From NCBI GenBank assembly GCA_965644295.1, contig CBFFRP010000354.1:124001-188000 (forward strand): a stretch of 64,000 nucleotides of DNA, written 5' to 3'. Position 1 is the stretch's first letter, and every line of letters begins with the position of its first letter. This DNA comes from Paraphysomonas bandaiensis. Lineage: Eukaryota; Protista; Chrysophyceae. Positions 12,701 to 25,162 of this stretch are shown here, piece after piece. A model generated the notes under the pieces. The model worked only from the letters and a program-made list of their open reading frames with translations, did no database searches and was not told the DNA's origin. The translations under genes and the position numbers were made by a program.

Positions 12701-15020
12701 CATCTGGCCCTATGTCCAAGTACGTACAGGCATCCATTGCATTGTACACACGACACTCATTCAACACACTTTGCCAAGACACATTAAAAGCCGACTCAAA
12801 CTTATCTTCGGGTATATCCAGTTCAGTAGGTTTCAGCATTACAGCTTTGGATCCTATCGCGTAATAATGCTGATCAATTAACTTATCTTTATCGATACTT
12901 TCCGCCATAATCTCCCCCTCTTTCACAATATCTATCTTTCTGAACTTTAGAAGTCCACGAACCAGATCGCGACATGCGGCAGACACATTAGCATGAGGCT
13001 TGATGAAAACAAATGCACTGTTATCGATGTGACCAGTGTACACAGACCGAGTAGAAAGAATTCGTCTATCATTGGTAATGTGGTATTCCCCATTTCCCTT
13101 CTTCGTTGGCTGATTTCGTCTGTCATCTGTCGATGTGCCAGTCGGAGCACTCTGCGTCTGTACAATGCAAGATGAATTCATGCCCTTGTTGTCGAGTTCA
13201 ACACTGCCACTTGAAACTTTAAAGTTACGCAAAAGCTCAAGTGCTTTCGCAACACAATTTCCACAATCCAGCTCCTCTAGAGTGTCAAAAACAGACCTAC
13301 CGTCGACAGAAGGATCAATACTCCACTGTTTTATTACCATATCCGTCACACCCGCGTCCAAGAGCTTCCGACCAAAGCTATCTTCACTCACCGCAACACC
13401 CAACCAGTTCATGCGCTCAGCAAGGGCCTCGAAAGGTGAAGCACTAGCATGTACTCCATTGTCCCCTGTATTCGGTGCCTTCGATAGACCAAGAGATCGC
13501 CAATCCGACATTATAATACCACGGATAGAATCTGATGGGGCTTGAGTGGGGTCTGTGCAACCCAAAACTTTGTTTCGAAAATCACTGAATGACAAGTCCG
13601 ACGAACTCCACTCCACACAGAAATAGTAGATCGACGAGCCAGGTTGCACAAACTTCGATCGCATGGACATGTAAAATCCATTTATCACGTATATAGCAGG
13701 CTTGTCTGGAATTGTGTCAATGTAGCCGCAATAAAACCCACCACCAAGTTTCACAAGCTTGCCCTCACCTTTTGCTTTCGCCCAGGCTATATCCAATTCA
13801 TCTGGCCCTATGTCCAAGTACGTACAGGCATCCATTGCATTGTACACACGACACTCATTCAACACACTTTGCCAAGACACATTAAAAGCCGACTCAAACT
13901 TATCTTCGGGTATATCCAGTTCAGTAGGTTTCAGCATTACAGCTTTGGATCCTATCGCGTAATAATGCTGATCAATTAACTTATCTTTATCGATACTTTC
14001 CGCCATAATCTCCCCCTCTTTCACAATATCTATCTTTCTGTTCTTTAGAAGTCCACGAACCAGATCGCGACATGCGGCAGACACATTAGCATGAGGCTTG
14101 ATGAAAACAAATGCGCTATTGTCAGGGACTGGATTACATTGCTGGGTGATTATTTTATCTCCAGTTTCGCATGGAATAGGTATAATTTCGAAGTGAGCGA
14201 CGTTCTCATTGCATTCATTGTATCCAGAAAATTTGTCGTCATCTGAAATTATAGCAGTTGGACTATCTAAATTTTCGCTGTTATCAAAGTATTCCCAGGC
14301 GGGGTCTTCCACATACATTTTCGCAGAATCCGAACGAATACGAACATGCATCACATCTTCCAACCCAGCTTCATTATTATTACATATATCACTCTGGCTA
14401 CCACGGAGTGGATTAGTATACTTGAACTCGCTACCCTCATCTGTGTGGTATTCGCCGAAACTGACCACCGCACTGTCGTCAGACCTCGGTGAACTACCAA
14501 AACTTGCCCCAGCTGTACGTAATTCATTGTGATCAGATTGTTCGCCTTCCTTTTTTGGCTTTTCAGGCTCACTACGTACTGACTTTTTGAAAACTGAAGT
14601 AATGTTGGCAAACGTTTCAACGAAACGAGCACTGACAGACTTTGTTTTCTTAGTTTCCACTTCACCATCACATATTTGGTGTCCATCTTTGACTTCGGCC
14701 CCAAATTTAGATGTCATAGCAGTAACTTCTTCTTTGTTTAAGCCAAAATCATACAATTTGTCGGGATCGTTCGTACATACATTACATATATCATCTGATG
14801 AACGAGAAGTTAATACAATCACATCAAATAATAATAATAATAACCAACCATAATTTTTAATATCTGATAAAACAAATGATTTCGCATAATAATGACATCG
14901 TTCATCATTTTGAAGGACAAGAGATATAATGGATAATACTTCCGCTTCTGCTCGACGCCTTTGAAGCATTAAACTTCCTCTTGCCCTACGTTTGGGTTCG
15001 TTTTCTTCAGTAGTAGACAT
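9730..15020 (-). CDS. Fusion of three tandem nucleoside-diphosphate-kinase-like domains with a family II (DHH/DHHA2, PpaC-type) inorganic pyrophosphatase
   Basis: Three copies of AFVFIKPHA...FRNKVLGCTDP..SIRG..DNGVHASAS (NDK, catalytic His present). These are followed by GHLVTDLDS, LVDH, IDHH, PWGSMSTII, AILSDTL..PTTT. An intron at about 10141-10188 joins the last exon DMKVF...SRKKDFVP. Confidence 0.9.
11161..14114 (-). repeat. Near-perfect 1098-bp intragenic tandem repeat (~2.7 units)
   Basis: Identical ORF-track entries recur at a 1098-nt period (11448/12546/13644). Only a handful of substitutions are visible. Confidence 0.95.
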
Positions 15021-15587
15021 TAAAATCTATTAAGAGAGAGGAATAGGAAAGTGAGTATATCTGGGGATATCTCTATGGTACAATAATTGGGGTGTAGTGT
15101 TTAATGTATATATGTATGGTATGTCTAAAATGCTGGTTGGCTTCGATGTTCTATACGAAATAGCCACATAGTAAATACGTTGCATACAGCAGCAGTTTTC
15201 CTCTATTACAATATCTAAAAATATCGGTTTATAGAGATCTGGATATAAAACCCAGTTTTTTTTACATAATATGTGTAATATATGGTAGAAAAGGACAAAG
15301 AATTCCTATCCGCATATCCAATAAAGGAGTGTGGTACTGTAGTAGTCCACCAGTACCTCGTACAGTGTACTCTTTGTAGCCATGTATTGTAGTACAGCAG
15401 TACACACTTAAACAGTACACACGTCCATTGCAATAAACACTATACTGTCCTGTCCTTTCATTTTCTATCAAGTTAATCATTACTCTAGTATACTCCTGTC
15501 ATATCCTCATTGTATGATAAAGACGAGAGGTAAAAGTACATGATACAGTTCGTATAGCTTGAGTACTATCTATATCCATCTTCTACC

Positions 15588-18129
15588 ATGAGTTCCAGAC
15601 AGGCTATTGAAAGTAAGATTCAGGAACAAGCAGAGCGATTGGAGCGACTCGTAAACCCAGAAGACAAAAGAATAAAGAAAAGAATCTTACAAAATTTAGG
15701 TAAATTAAAGAAACAGTTAGCACAGTTGGGAGATACAGATGAGGAAGCTGAGAAAGAGAAGACCTCACAAGATATCGAGAACAATGAGTCCAAACCCCTT
15801 ACTAAGAAACAAGCGAAACTTAAAATTAAAATTATTAACAAAGAAATAGCTGATTATGCTTTAAAGAAGCAATTGAAGTCTGCAAAGAAACGTTTTGACT
15901 GGGCAATTAGGAAAGGATTGAAGCCTGGTATTGATAGATAGTTTATACAGTCAATAGTAACTGACGCATTGATTTACAGATGTACACACTTATACCAATC
16001 TGCTGAATACTTATGTTCGATGCAAAAATATTGCGGGAGCGGAAGGTGTTTGGAAGTCTATGATTTTAGCCGGAGTGGAGCCGAATGTTGTGACTTACAC
16101 CAACCTTATCCGTGGTTATTGTGAAGTCGGTAAAGTTGCCATGGCGAAGGAGCTATTAATTAGTATGTTAAGTGGAAAAACTCAAGATTCTACACGTGTC
16201 CCCCCTGTTCCTAACGTGCGTACGCTAAATACTTTTTTGCGTGGTTGTGTGCGCGTGGGCGCGGTGCGAGACGCAGTAGAGGCCTTTGAGAAGTTTAGAG
16301 AACGGAAAGCGACCAATGCTCCATGCCCAGAAAATTCGACTCCACATGATCCTAATGAGGCGTCATTCGAGTATGTTATCTCACTTCTTTGCCGAGCACT
16401 AGATCTTGCCCCTGCCATGAAATTAGCGGAGGAGTTTATGGTTCTGTTTGCCGATAACAGGGTGGTGACCGATCTTCTTGCAACTGCCGAAATTGACTCA
16501 GCCCCCCCTCTTCACTTGGAGAGCATGCCTGTGGTACAACTCTATAGGCAGAGAGAGATTCATGCTGATGCTGTTCTTCATGCCGCAGCCATATTCAGCA
16601 ACCTCGCCCGAGCATTGGCACTGCTTCGACGGTGTGACCAATGCACTTGGTGTCTTCTGGCTGCTGAGGAGTGTCTACGCGCGTGCCAAAGTGCATCAGT
16701 GCGCTTAGCCATGCAGAGCCATCGTGATGACGGCAAGTCCCACGATCGAGATGCTTCTGTTGGTCTGTTTATGCAACACAGGAAGTCTGAGTTGGCGAGA
16801 GAGTGTGGGGTGGTACGTTCGTACAACAGTATTTCGGTGGCGCCTATGGAGCCTGCAGGGACCCTTCTTAACGATCCAAACAAGTCACTGGGTTTGATGG
16901 CATGTTACTGCCGCCTGCTGTTGCTTTTAGACGTGCCATCCTCCTCCATCAGTGGAGAAGAATGGCGGAGTGAACTATTGACTAGCATGCTTACCTATCT
17001 CGGAGATGCTTTTGGTTTGAATCGATGCAAATCCTTGCCCTATGAAAAAGCTAAGGCGGAGGTCATGCAGCGTATTATCAAGTCCATTCAACCCACGAAG
17101 GAGGAAGGTACCACTAGCTCTGGATACTGCATTGACTTCAGTGCCCTGCTACAACAAGTGCACGATCCAGAAAGCTCCGAAATGAGCTGTGCAACAGAGC
17201 ACATGAAAGAAAAGAAACGGTCCCGAGGATCCGCTGGTGGTGTTAGCAAGAGATCTCGGTCTGAGGAGAATACTGTGTCCGTGAAAATGGAAATATGCTC
17301 GGGATCGGGTGAGTGGGTAGTAGAGCAGGCGATTGCAGATCAGAAGCGACGGGAGGCCCTACTCCGATCTGGAGGGAGTGCCGACGAAACCCTGTGGGTC
17401 GCACTTGAAGTCAGGGTTGACCGGGTGCACCAGACCTTCTCCCAGGCAGTACTACGGGGCGCAGAAACGAATTTAGCCATCATTGGGGGTGATGCGGGCG
17501 TCGTACTTCCAACTTTTGTGCCCTCGGGATGCCTGTCGACAATTTTTGTGAACCACCCCGAACCTCCCGAGAGGACATCCGGAGGTGAAGATATGTCACA
17601 AGGTAGCCATCTTCTGACAGGTACTCATGCCATGCTGGAAAAACTTATATATGTTAATATGATGTGAATAGCGAGCTTCTTCTTGGAAATGCACCGCGTG
17701 CTACGTAGGGGGGGAATGATCACCATTGTGTCGGACAACCGACTTTACACAAATGCCCTTGCGAAATGTATCGACGGCCTTAACTCTGGCCCTGGAGGTA
17801 TACTTTTCTCCTCGGGGCCTGGATCAGTCAACGAGTCGAATTCTGGCAGTGTTGCTCCTGCAAGAAACAATCCTTCATTCGACGATGCATGCTCTGATAC
17901 TGCGAGCAGTGATAGCGATGATGTTGAAGTGAAGCGCTCGAATTGTCCTACTTCGGAATGCAGTGTGGAAAGGAGTGCGGAAAGTAGTTCAATAAAAGTG
18001 TATAGCGGCAATCCAGGAGAGGAAGGTGGTCATTTAGATGTTGAGGAGAAATCATCGTACTTCAGCAGAATGTGGAAAAATGGTAACAAGTCTCGTATAT
18101 GGCATTTAATTTTAGTCAAGTGCTCTTGA
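15588..18129 (+). CDS. PPR protein fused to a TrmB-like tRNA (guanine-N7) methyltransferase domain (PPR-TGM type), multi-exon
   Basis: PPR motifs DVHTYTNLLNTY, PNVVTYTNLIRGY, PNVRTLNTFLRGC. TrmB motifs MEICSGSGEW, WVALE, NLAIIGGDA, IFVNHPEP and RVLRRGG.ITIVSDN..Y. Introns at about 15928-15979 and 17621-17671. Confidence 0.85.
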
Positions 18130-18667
18130 CAGCCCCACGATGTTAGTATGTTAGGTTGACATATTTACTATTGGTTGTATTGCGCCTATGTTAAATTCAA
18201 ATCTAGTTTTTGTTCTTCGAAATGTACGTTATATTTTACGTATCTTACCACCATTGTTATACATCAGCGAGCTCTAATTAATTCGAATTCAAACTATAAT
18301 AGTGCCTGTTTATTGAGCAGTACCATTGTACTGATCAATTGACCTTGACCAATGATATTGAATTATTCCGATTGTTTGTAATAGCAGTCCGAAATAGACT
18401 CCTTCTGTCATACGAGTTGCTGTAAGTAACCCCACCCCTCTACACAATATACAAGTACATCATATTAAATATATGCAGACATACAGTGCTATAAGAAGAT
18501 AAGAAGGGCTCATATTATAAACAGGGCTCAACTGCCAGTTTTAGTTTAGTAGATTTAAATATGACCCGCATAGAATACATACACCATATGACTCTACTAA
18601 AAATCATGAAGATAGCAGATGTCAGGTATATGAGCATTCTGCTTGTTCACTGTGTTTGCTTTGAGTG

Positions 18668-18757
18668 ACAGAGCGAAAGTGATTGCACCTTGGACTTGCG
18701 GTGACACACAAGCAGCTTTCGTTAAGCACTGACTCTTAAATGCCTGTTGCTAATAAC
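18668..18757 (+). repeat. Degenerate, internally deleted copy of the shared retroelement 3' module
   Basis: cagagcgaaagtgattgcaccttggacttgcggtgacacacaagcagctttcgt...gcctgttgctaataa. Confidence 0.7.
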
Positions 18758-18900
18758 AACAGGTTTACGACGAGAAATATGTAGTGATTGGTATGAAAGA
18801 CATTGGAAATGCAGGCAACTATTGCCAATAATTACCAGTTAATTACAATACTAATAATAGGATCGTTGGTTAGTAATAGTAATTATTTTTGGCTACCTCT

Positions 18901-18927
18901 CACCAATTAGTTGTTACGCAAGCTTGG
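18901..18927. mobile_element. Solo hAT right-end TIR remnant
   Basis: caccaattagttgttacgcaagcttg is nearly identical to the right TIR at 27196-27220. Confidence 0.6.
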
Positions 18928-19005
18928 TACGTAGGAGTAGTGGAAATAATATTCAAGTATTACAAGAAATAATTAATAATGAGTAAATTTATAGCAGAAA
19001 ACTTG

Positions 19006-20020
19006 TTAAAAATGGTGGTGTGCAAATATTAGGCATTCGCGGGCGGATGTGATCATGGAAATAAGCCGAGGAGCACATGAGAAGGCAATTGTCTGAACTC
19101 CCCTCTCCGGCTCCTCATAATACCATATGCGCTTCATCCCCGGCTGATTCTCCACACTCTCCACAATCCCTGGCCTCTGTGAGGAACCAGCGACATATCG
19201 GTCTGAATATCTGGAAAAACCTGGCATCACAGGAATTCGAAGCTTACCGGGAACTACAACGTTGGAGCGAGTAAACTTCTTTCGGCAACGGGCCTCTTCC
19301 AACAATCTGAACGCCACCATTGGCCTCCCTCTCCGTATCGGCCATGTGCATTTAGTACTTCCCGCATGAAGCGCTTATAACGTCAAGGTCTACTCCGTAT
19401 CCAAATCGGTCCAAAAGATCAAAACTCGAGGCCATATTCTCGCGGTCAACGCTGTTTCAAATATGGTTCTGGGTACCGCAAAGGAGGAAATTCATATCCA
19501 TAATGGTGTCCTCCAGCTTGGCGTAGTTGAAGGGTCTTATGGAGTAGCAGCAAAACGATGACACATCTTCGGTACTGCCAAAATCTAACCCAAGAATATC
19601 CCGGAGCTTTGTCCTATCGTCGATTAGAGTGTACAATACGACACCATATTTTTCCAGTGTGGCTTCTTTCTTGTTGTGGAGGTGACACCCCTCAACAAGG
19701 CAACCTGATATACATAGATATTATAAATCGTACACAAATACACCAGTAGAGAAGCACAGATAAACACATATCTAGCCCTCCTCCACAGTGTAGACGCACC
19801 GTAAAGGTAGAAGCTTAACCCCAGTTTCATATCTTCGGCCAATTCCCTCTCTAGTCATAGTTAGTATGCTTCCATCCTTCCTAGATACCTTTATCAGGCA
19901 AAGGTGAGTCTCCCAGTGATCGGAGTACACCATTCACTGCTATCTTATCAGGTACATAGTCAGGGGAAGATCCTCTGTTGTTGCAGCGTCACTATGGACT
20001 GGAAGATGACCCCAACAAGG
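19006..20020 (-). pseudogene. Degraded coding-like segment of unknown origin
   Basis: GC-richer than its flanks. A long minus frame KKEATLEKYGVVLYTLIDDRTKLRDILG...GRGPLPKEVYSLQ is interrupted by stops. No family recognised. Confidence 0.35.
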
Positions 20021-20469
20021 GCTTGGATTGAGAGCTTACATTGCTACTGTTATGATCTTGTATAAATGTGCAACCTTATGTGAAATGCTTGACTGGATTT
20101 TGAGATCTTCTGAGATACAAACTTACAGTGTTGCTGTATGTAGTGGTGTGTGTATGGTCACATACTCTGTGTATATGACCAGTACAGCACTTTCCTACTT
20201 TAGGGTTTTTAGTGAAACACAAAACCGAGGATTTTTCCAATTTTAATACTCTACATATTGTGCTATTTCAGGTACTTTATATTCTTGAACAGGCAAAGTA
20301 TGATAATGGCTCTGAAGTCACTTCAATTCACTTCATATTCATGTCATTCTGTTGGTAGAGTATGTATGATATAGTGGGATATAGAGCATATGATGGTGTA
20401 TTATGAGTGTGGTTTGTTAAATACAATTAACCACATAGTAACATCTTCATAACTCATCTGTTTGAATCT

Positions 20470-23400
20470 ATGAGTAACTCTGTGAGTGCATTGAATGCTG
20501 TTAGTATTACAGCAGCTATAAGACAGGGTCTAGAAACTCTATTACATATTCATAAAGCAGAGTGTGTAAAGCATCCATATATAGGGACTATATGTAAAGT
20601 TAAATGGAAGGGTGAATGGCATCATGGTCGTATTGTTGTATATGATTATCGACCACATAAATTTCTTTGTTTTTTATCACAAATACATTTAGCTGTATGG
20701 GCAGATTGGGGACCTAATAGCACTGATATATGTTTATTAAATGATGGGTTTGTAATTCATCAAGGACAACCATCACTTCATTATATATGCTCACCTTGTG
20801 CTAGAAAACTATTGGCTTCATCATATTTTGATGGTTGTAGAGGAAAATAGTCTTGTTGTATTCTAATTCTTTTCTTGGTAGGTGAATATGGAGAAGAGTT
20901 GGCATATGTGGAGGAGTTAGTTTCAGACCATTCCTCTATCTCTGCTACACCTACAGGGAAATTTGTCCCGTGCACGGAGTTGATAGTTTTCAGTCCAGAT
21001 TTACCAAAGCATCAAGGTGTAATCTGCGAGCAGAACAGAGTAAATTGCATACGGACGGTGTGTATAGCCCCCGTTATTGAACGACCAGTAATATATATTT
21101 TTAGATGGTCTCAGAGGAGAGGGTCAAATATATTGAGTCACAACGGTCTCGAACAAACTGCAGTGGAACGTCCTCAATTGCCTCGGCTACGTTATCGCAG
21201 CCATTTTCATTTGGACAGAATCAGCCGCGTTTAGCCAGGATAATCTTGAACCCTTCGACGAGTACGAATGTTTTTCGTTCAGCAATACCAACCGTACGAA
21301 CAAACGTAGTAGAGAAGCTAGAATCTAGCAACACTGAGGACTCTAGTACTCATCGTGTTACACATTCTGTACAGGATCCGCCGCACCTCAGAGAAAACTT
21401 CGTGACTAAGGATGCTACTGGATTTTCTAAGACTCCTGTGTATGTTCGTCAGGGGTGCCCTCTTCCCGGATGGACTAAAGAGGTTATTGTGCGTATGCAA
21501 GGTGATGGTGTTACTTCTCCTGGCACCCCATACCCCCAATATGTCCCTCCTGAAGGTGGCCGTAAACTCTACGACTCTTTTGACGTGCGGTCTTACCTCC
21601 AGGAGCATGACATGCCAACTGACCTTCTGGGAGCTTTTGATTTCCATCCAGTGTTTTGTCTGTGCCACAGGGTTGAAGATGACTTTTATATAGAGTGTGT
21701 AGCGGGGATAGCTGGATGTGGTGGATGGTTTCACCCTGGTTGTGCTGGGTGGGAGAAAAAAGAGTTACGAGCAGAGGAGAAGAAGTATGAAGGGGTGGTA
21801 TGTCCATTGTGTACCCGCTACTTGGAAAAGGACTCAGAAGCAGAGAAGCAATTCATTTCGAAGTGCGTTGGTCGAAATTATAATATTAATACTGCAGTCA
21901 TTGATATCTTTCTTGCTTTTTAGACTAGTAAAGAAGTGCGCTGCAGCAAAGGGACCACTTTACTCCACTACCGAGGTTGCCCTGCAAAGGTTAGGTTATG
22001 CTAGATACGTAAAACATATTCTGATAGGACTGTGACAGTATTCTAAATGGAAAATATCTTCGACTGGTTAATGTGGGCCAGTACTATGTCACATCTATCG
22101 CTATCGATGGGTGCCATACTTCGAAATCGACAACAGATGTTCGTAATGCGAAAGTGCGAAGAGAACCGCCTCTGTATTTTCATGGTCTTGGTAGAGATGC
22201 ACAAACGTTTTCGCAACCACATCGTGAGTGGGGAATAGTTGGATCTTCCAGAGCCCGTTCCTACAAGAAAAGGTGATAATTAAGTATTTTTCAGTGCGTA
22301 TAACTGACTGCATTATTCATTTACCGCTGTTCATTCCAGGATAAAGGCCAAAATAGGAAATGACTCGGGACGTTCTCGTATTGCCTCTTCCACAGACCCT
22401 TTGTCTTCGGTACAGGATACAGCTTCTTCACCTGAATCCATGCGAACGCTTTCCCACCCTGGTGAAAGTTTCCAATCCATAGTTTCCTTACCCTCCCTTC
22501 AGGAGATAAATAGTGATCCTGCACTAATCAAAGAGCCTTCAGAAGATCGGTTGCTACTCTCCAAAGGAGAGATACCTCTCGCCAGTACTAGTATGATGTC
22601 ACAGGCTAATAAGGGTAGCTCATCGAACGAATCTGCAGTAACCGGTTTGCCTGCTACGGTTTCTACCATACAACCTCAGTGGCAACCAACGTCACATCGG
22701 TTGGTGGCACCTTGTGTCGGTGATAGCACTTGTGCTCGTATATCCGGTAACGTGCCTCTGAAGTTAAAATTGCGGATGCCGCAAAAGGATCGCACTGGCC
22801 AACTTTCTTCGTGTGCGGATGCCCGGATACATGAAGAGGGCACAGAGACTGTAGAACAGGAGATTAATCATATGGATAACTCGCGGATGGTTAATGACGA
22901 CGGCGCTGATGATATTCCCATTGTTGGATCAACGCTGGCGCGTATCGAAGATATGACACCCTCATCAAGTAATGAAATTGTATCTGAAGACTATACAGCA
23001 CGTGCAGGAGATCCCAGTTATGCTGGTGCAGGTGTTCCAGTTCTTGCGGACGATATAACTGTTAATGCAAAATTATATATTGAAGACCAGAAATATAACG
23101 TGGTCGGAGGTGCGGACCAACAACAGAGTAGCGAAAGTAGCAATGGTAATTCCACAGTTACAAGTACATCTACGGATAACGTCATACCATGGTCAACAAC
23201 AGCTTGTAATGCCCCGCGAAAAGACGAGAAATGCGTGCGCATAGCCTCTTGGGAAGAGAGAAAATGGGTTCGTGTTTCAATTGTCGGTGGATGGAAGATA
23301 TTAAAGGCAGACGCTAGAAAGAATCGTAGGGCGAATCTGTCAAAAGGTGCAAATCCTGGAAAGCTAATAACTGGACTCATCAACAGTGCAAAGGTAAAAG

Positions 23401-24320
23401 AAACTCACTCTTCAACAGTTGATAATAAAGCTCCGTCCTTTGCGTTTCTTCCTTTTCTTGATGGAGGTGTCGGCCGCGTCACGATATTACCCGGCGAAAT
23501 GCAATCGCTGCAGAAATATAGAGATTCTCACTGCTCATTTTGCTTCGACCCTCTGCGCGGGACGATGACTTCGGGTGGTTTAGATGAGCGTAAGGAGGTT
23601 AATTGTGCGATATCGGGCGCGAGTGGTGCAGGGGAAAAGCGCAGTCGAACTGATAGCAGCAGCGATGCAGTCACTGCAACAGCAGATGTAGACGAAGCGA
23701 TATCTCTGACTGTAGGTGTGCTCGATTGTCTTCTACATAAGCACTGTGCTACGATAATGCAAGATGGGTATCTGCAGGCTATCATAAATGCATTGTGCGA
23801 GTATAATGTCATCAACGTTAGAGGTGCATTCCAGTATGATAGCAGATATACCGTTAGTTGTGACTTATGCGGGGGGACAGGCGGAATAATATACACGTTT
23901 GACATTTTACCAGAATCTAACTCAAAAGTTCCTCCACCTGATCAAACCTTGAAATGCTGGATGGGGCACCCGCTCTGCATGATGTGGCTAGCGCGGAGTG
24001 GTATGCTGTGCACCTCTAAAGTAGTTCAAGAATATATTCCTACATTGTTGGAAAGTAGTACGGAAAATACGGAGAATCCGTCTATACCACAGTTGAAAAT
24101 AGCGACTATGTCATCAGCGTTTGATAGACGATATGGCAAGTATAGGTGCTCGTTGTGCGGACGCCATGTAGGGTTGACCTCTAAATGTGCCGATCCAACT
24201 TGCGTTGTTCTTGCACACCATTTGTGTGTTTACATGGCTCAGGAGAATGACAGATGGTTTGTATCTACGGATTCTTCTTTATTTTATTGTCCATATCATG
24301 CACCAAATTTACCAGCGTAG
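20470..24320 (+). CDS. Multi-exon chromatin-reader protein: MBD-like domain, PHD finger and C-terminal extended PHD (ePHD/PZP-like)
   Basis: PLPGWTKEVIVR..YVPPEGGRKL...VRSYL (MBD-like). FCLC..YIEC...WFHPGC..CPLC (PHD). CDLC..GHPLC..W..CSLC..G...KC....C....HHLC...YCPYH (ePHD). Joining all exons into one gene is inferred. Confidence 0.7.
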
Positions 24321-25162
24321 AAATGTATTATAGCTACTCGTGTCATATTATAGTTTTGTACGAATGACACTTTAATAGTACACTGTTGTCTAAATATGTA
24401 AAGTTGTGTTACGTACATAAGACTTTTGTATCGTATGTATGATATATTTTCTCAGTACTTATTGAATATTAGTTCCGCTGTGACTCTACGGCCACAATAT
24501 ACTTAGCCCTTAGCCCCATTTCGCCTGAAAACATGTGTTTGTCGTGTTGGTTCAATAGAACACTCTTATCACCATTTTATATTAACCTGGTGGACAATAC
24601 ACCACGTTAGCCTTCACAACATAGTGATAAGCAACAATTTAACCTTTGGAAAAAGGAGTATCGTCACTTGATCAAAGGGGATATACACTTATACTTATAA
24701 ACATCATCTTGTGTGTGAAAGGTTTTGGCTTACTTTCAACTTTCAAAGTTTTGACTGTAGGACAATAGACAATATAAACTACGGTTTATTCGCTTACTGG
24801 GGGAAACTAAAACTCCTGCACGAAGTCTCTCACACCACACGCCTACACCTCCACAACCCTTGCACAAGTGGAAATGTATGGTGTGCTCAATGCTCAAAGC
24901 ATATATGAGTTAGTGTGGTTGTGGTAATGTGTTGTTGGAGATGAATCCAGATTCAACACGTGCATGATCGTTATAGCTTCATAATATGAGAGACGGGTGC
25001 AATGCCACTTCATGCAATGTATCCAGCTATCCAGCTGCGAGGCTGTTTATTTGTAGGTGGTTGATTATTTTAGCATTTGCTATATACTCTACACTAGTAC
25101 TTGCATATATATCAATGAATAAGAACTTCTCTCTGTAAAATACTGTATTATAATATAGTGAA

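Noticed and set aside
11448-13979. Repeated plus-strand ORFs
   Set aside because: They are antisense shadows of the NDK repeats.
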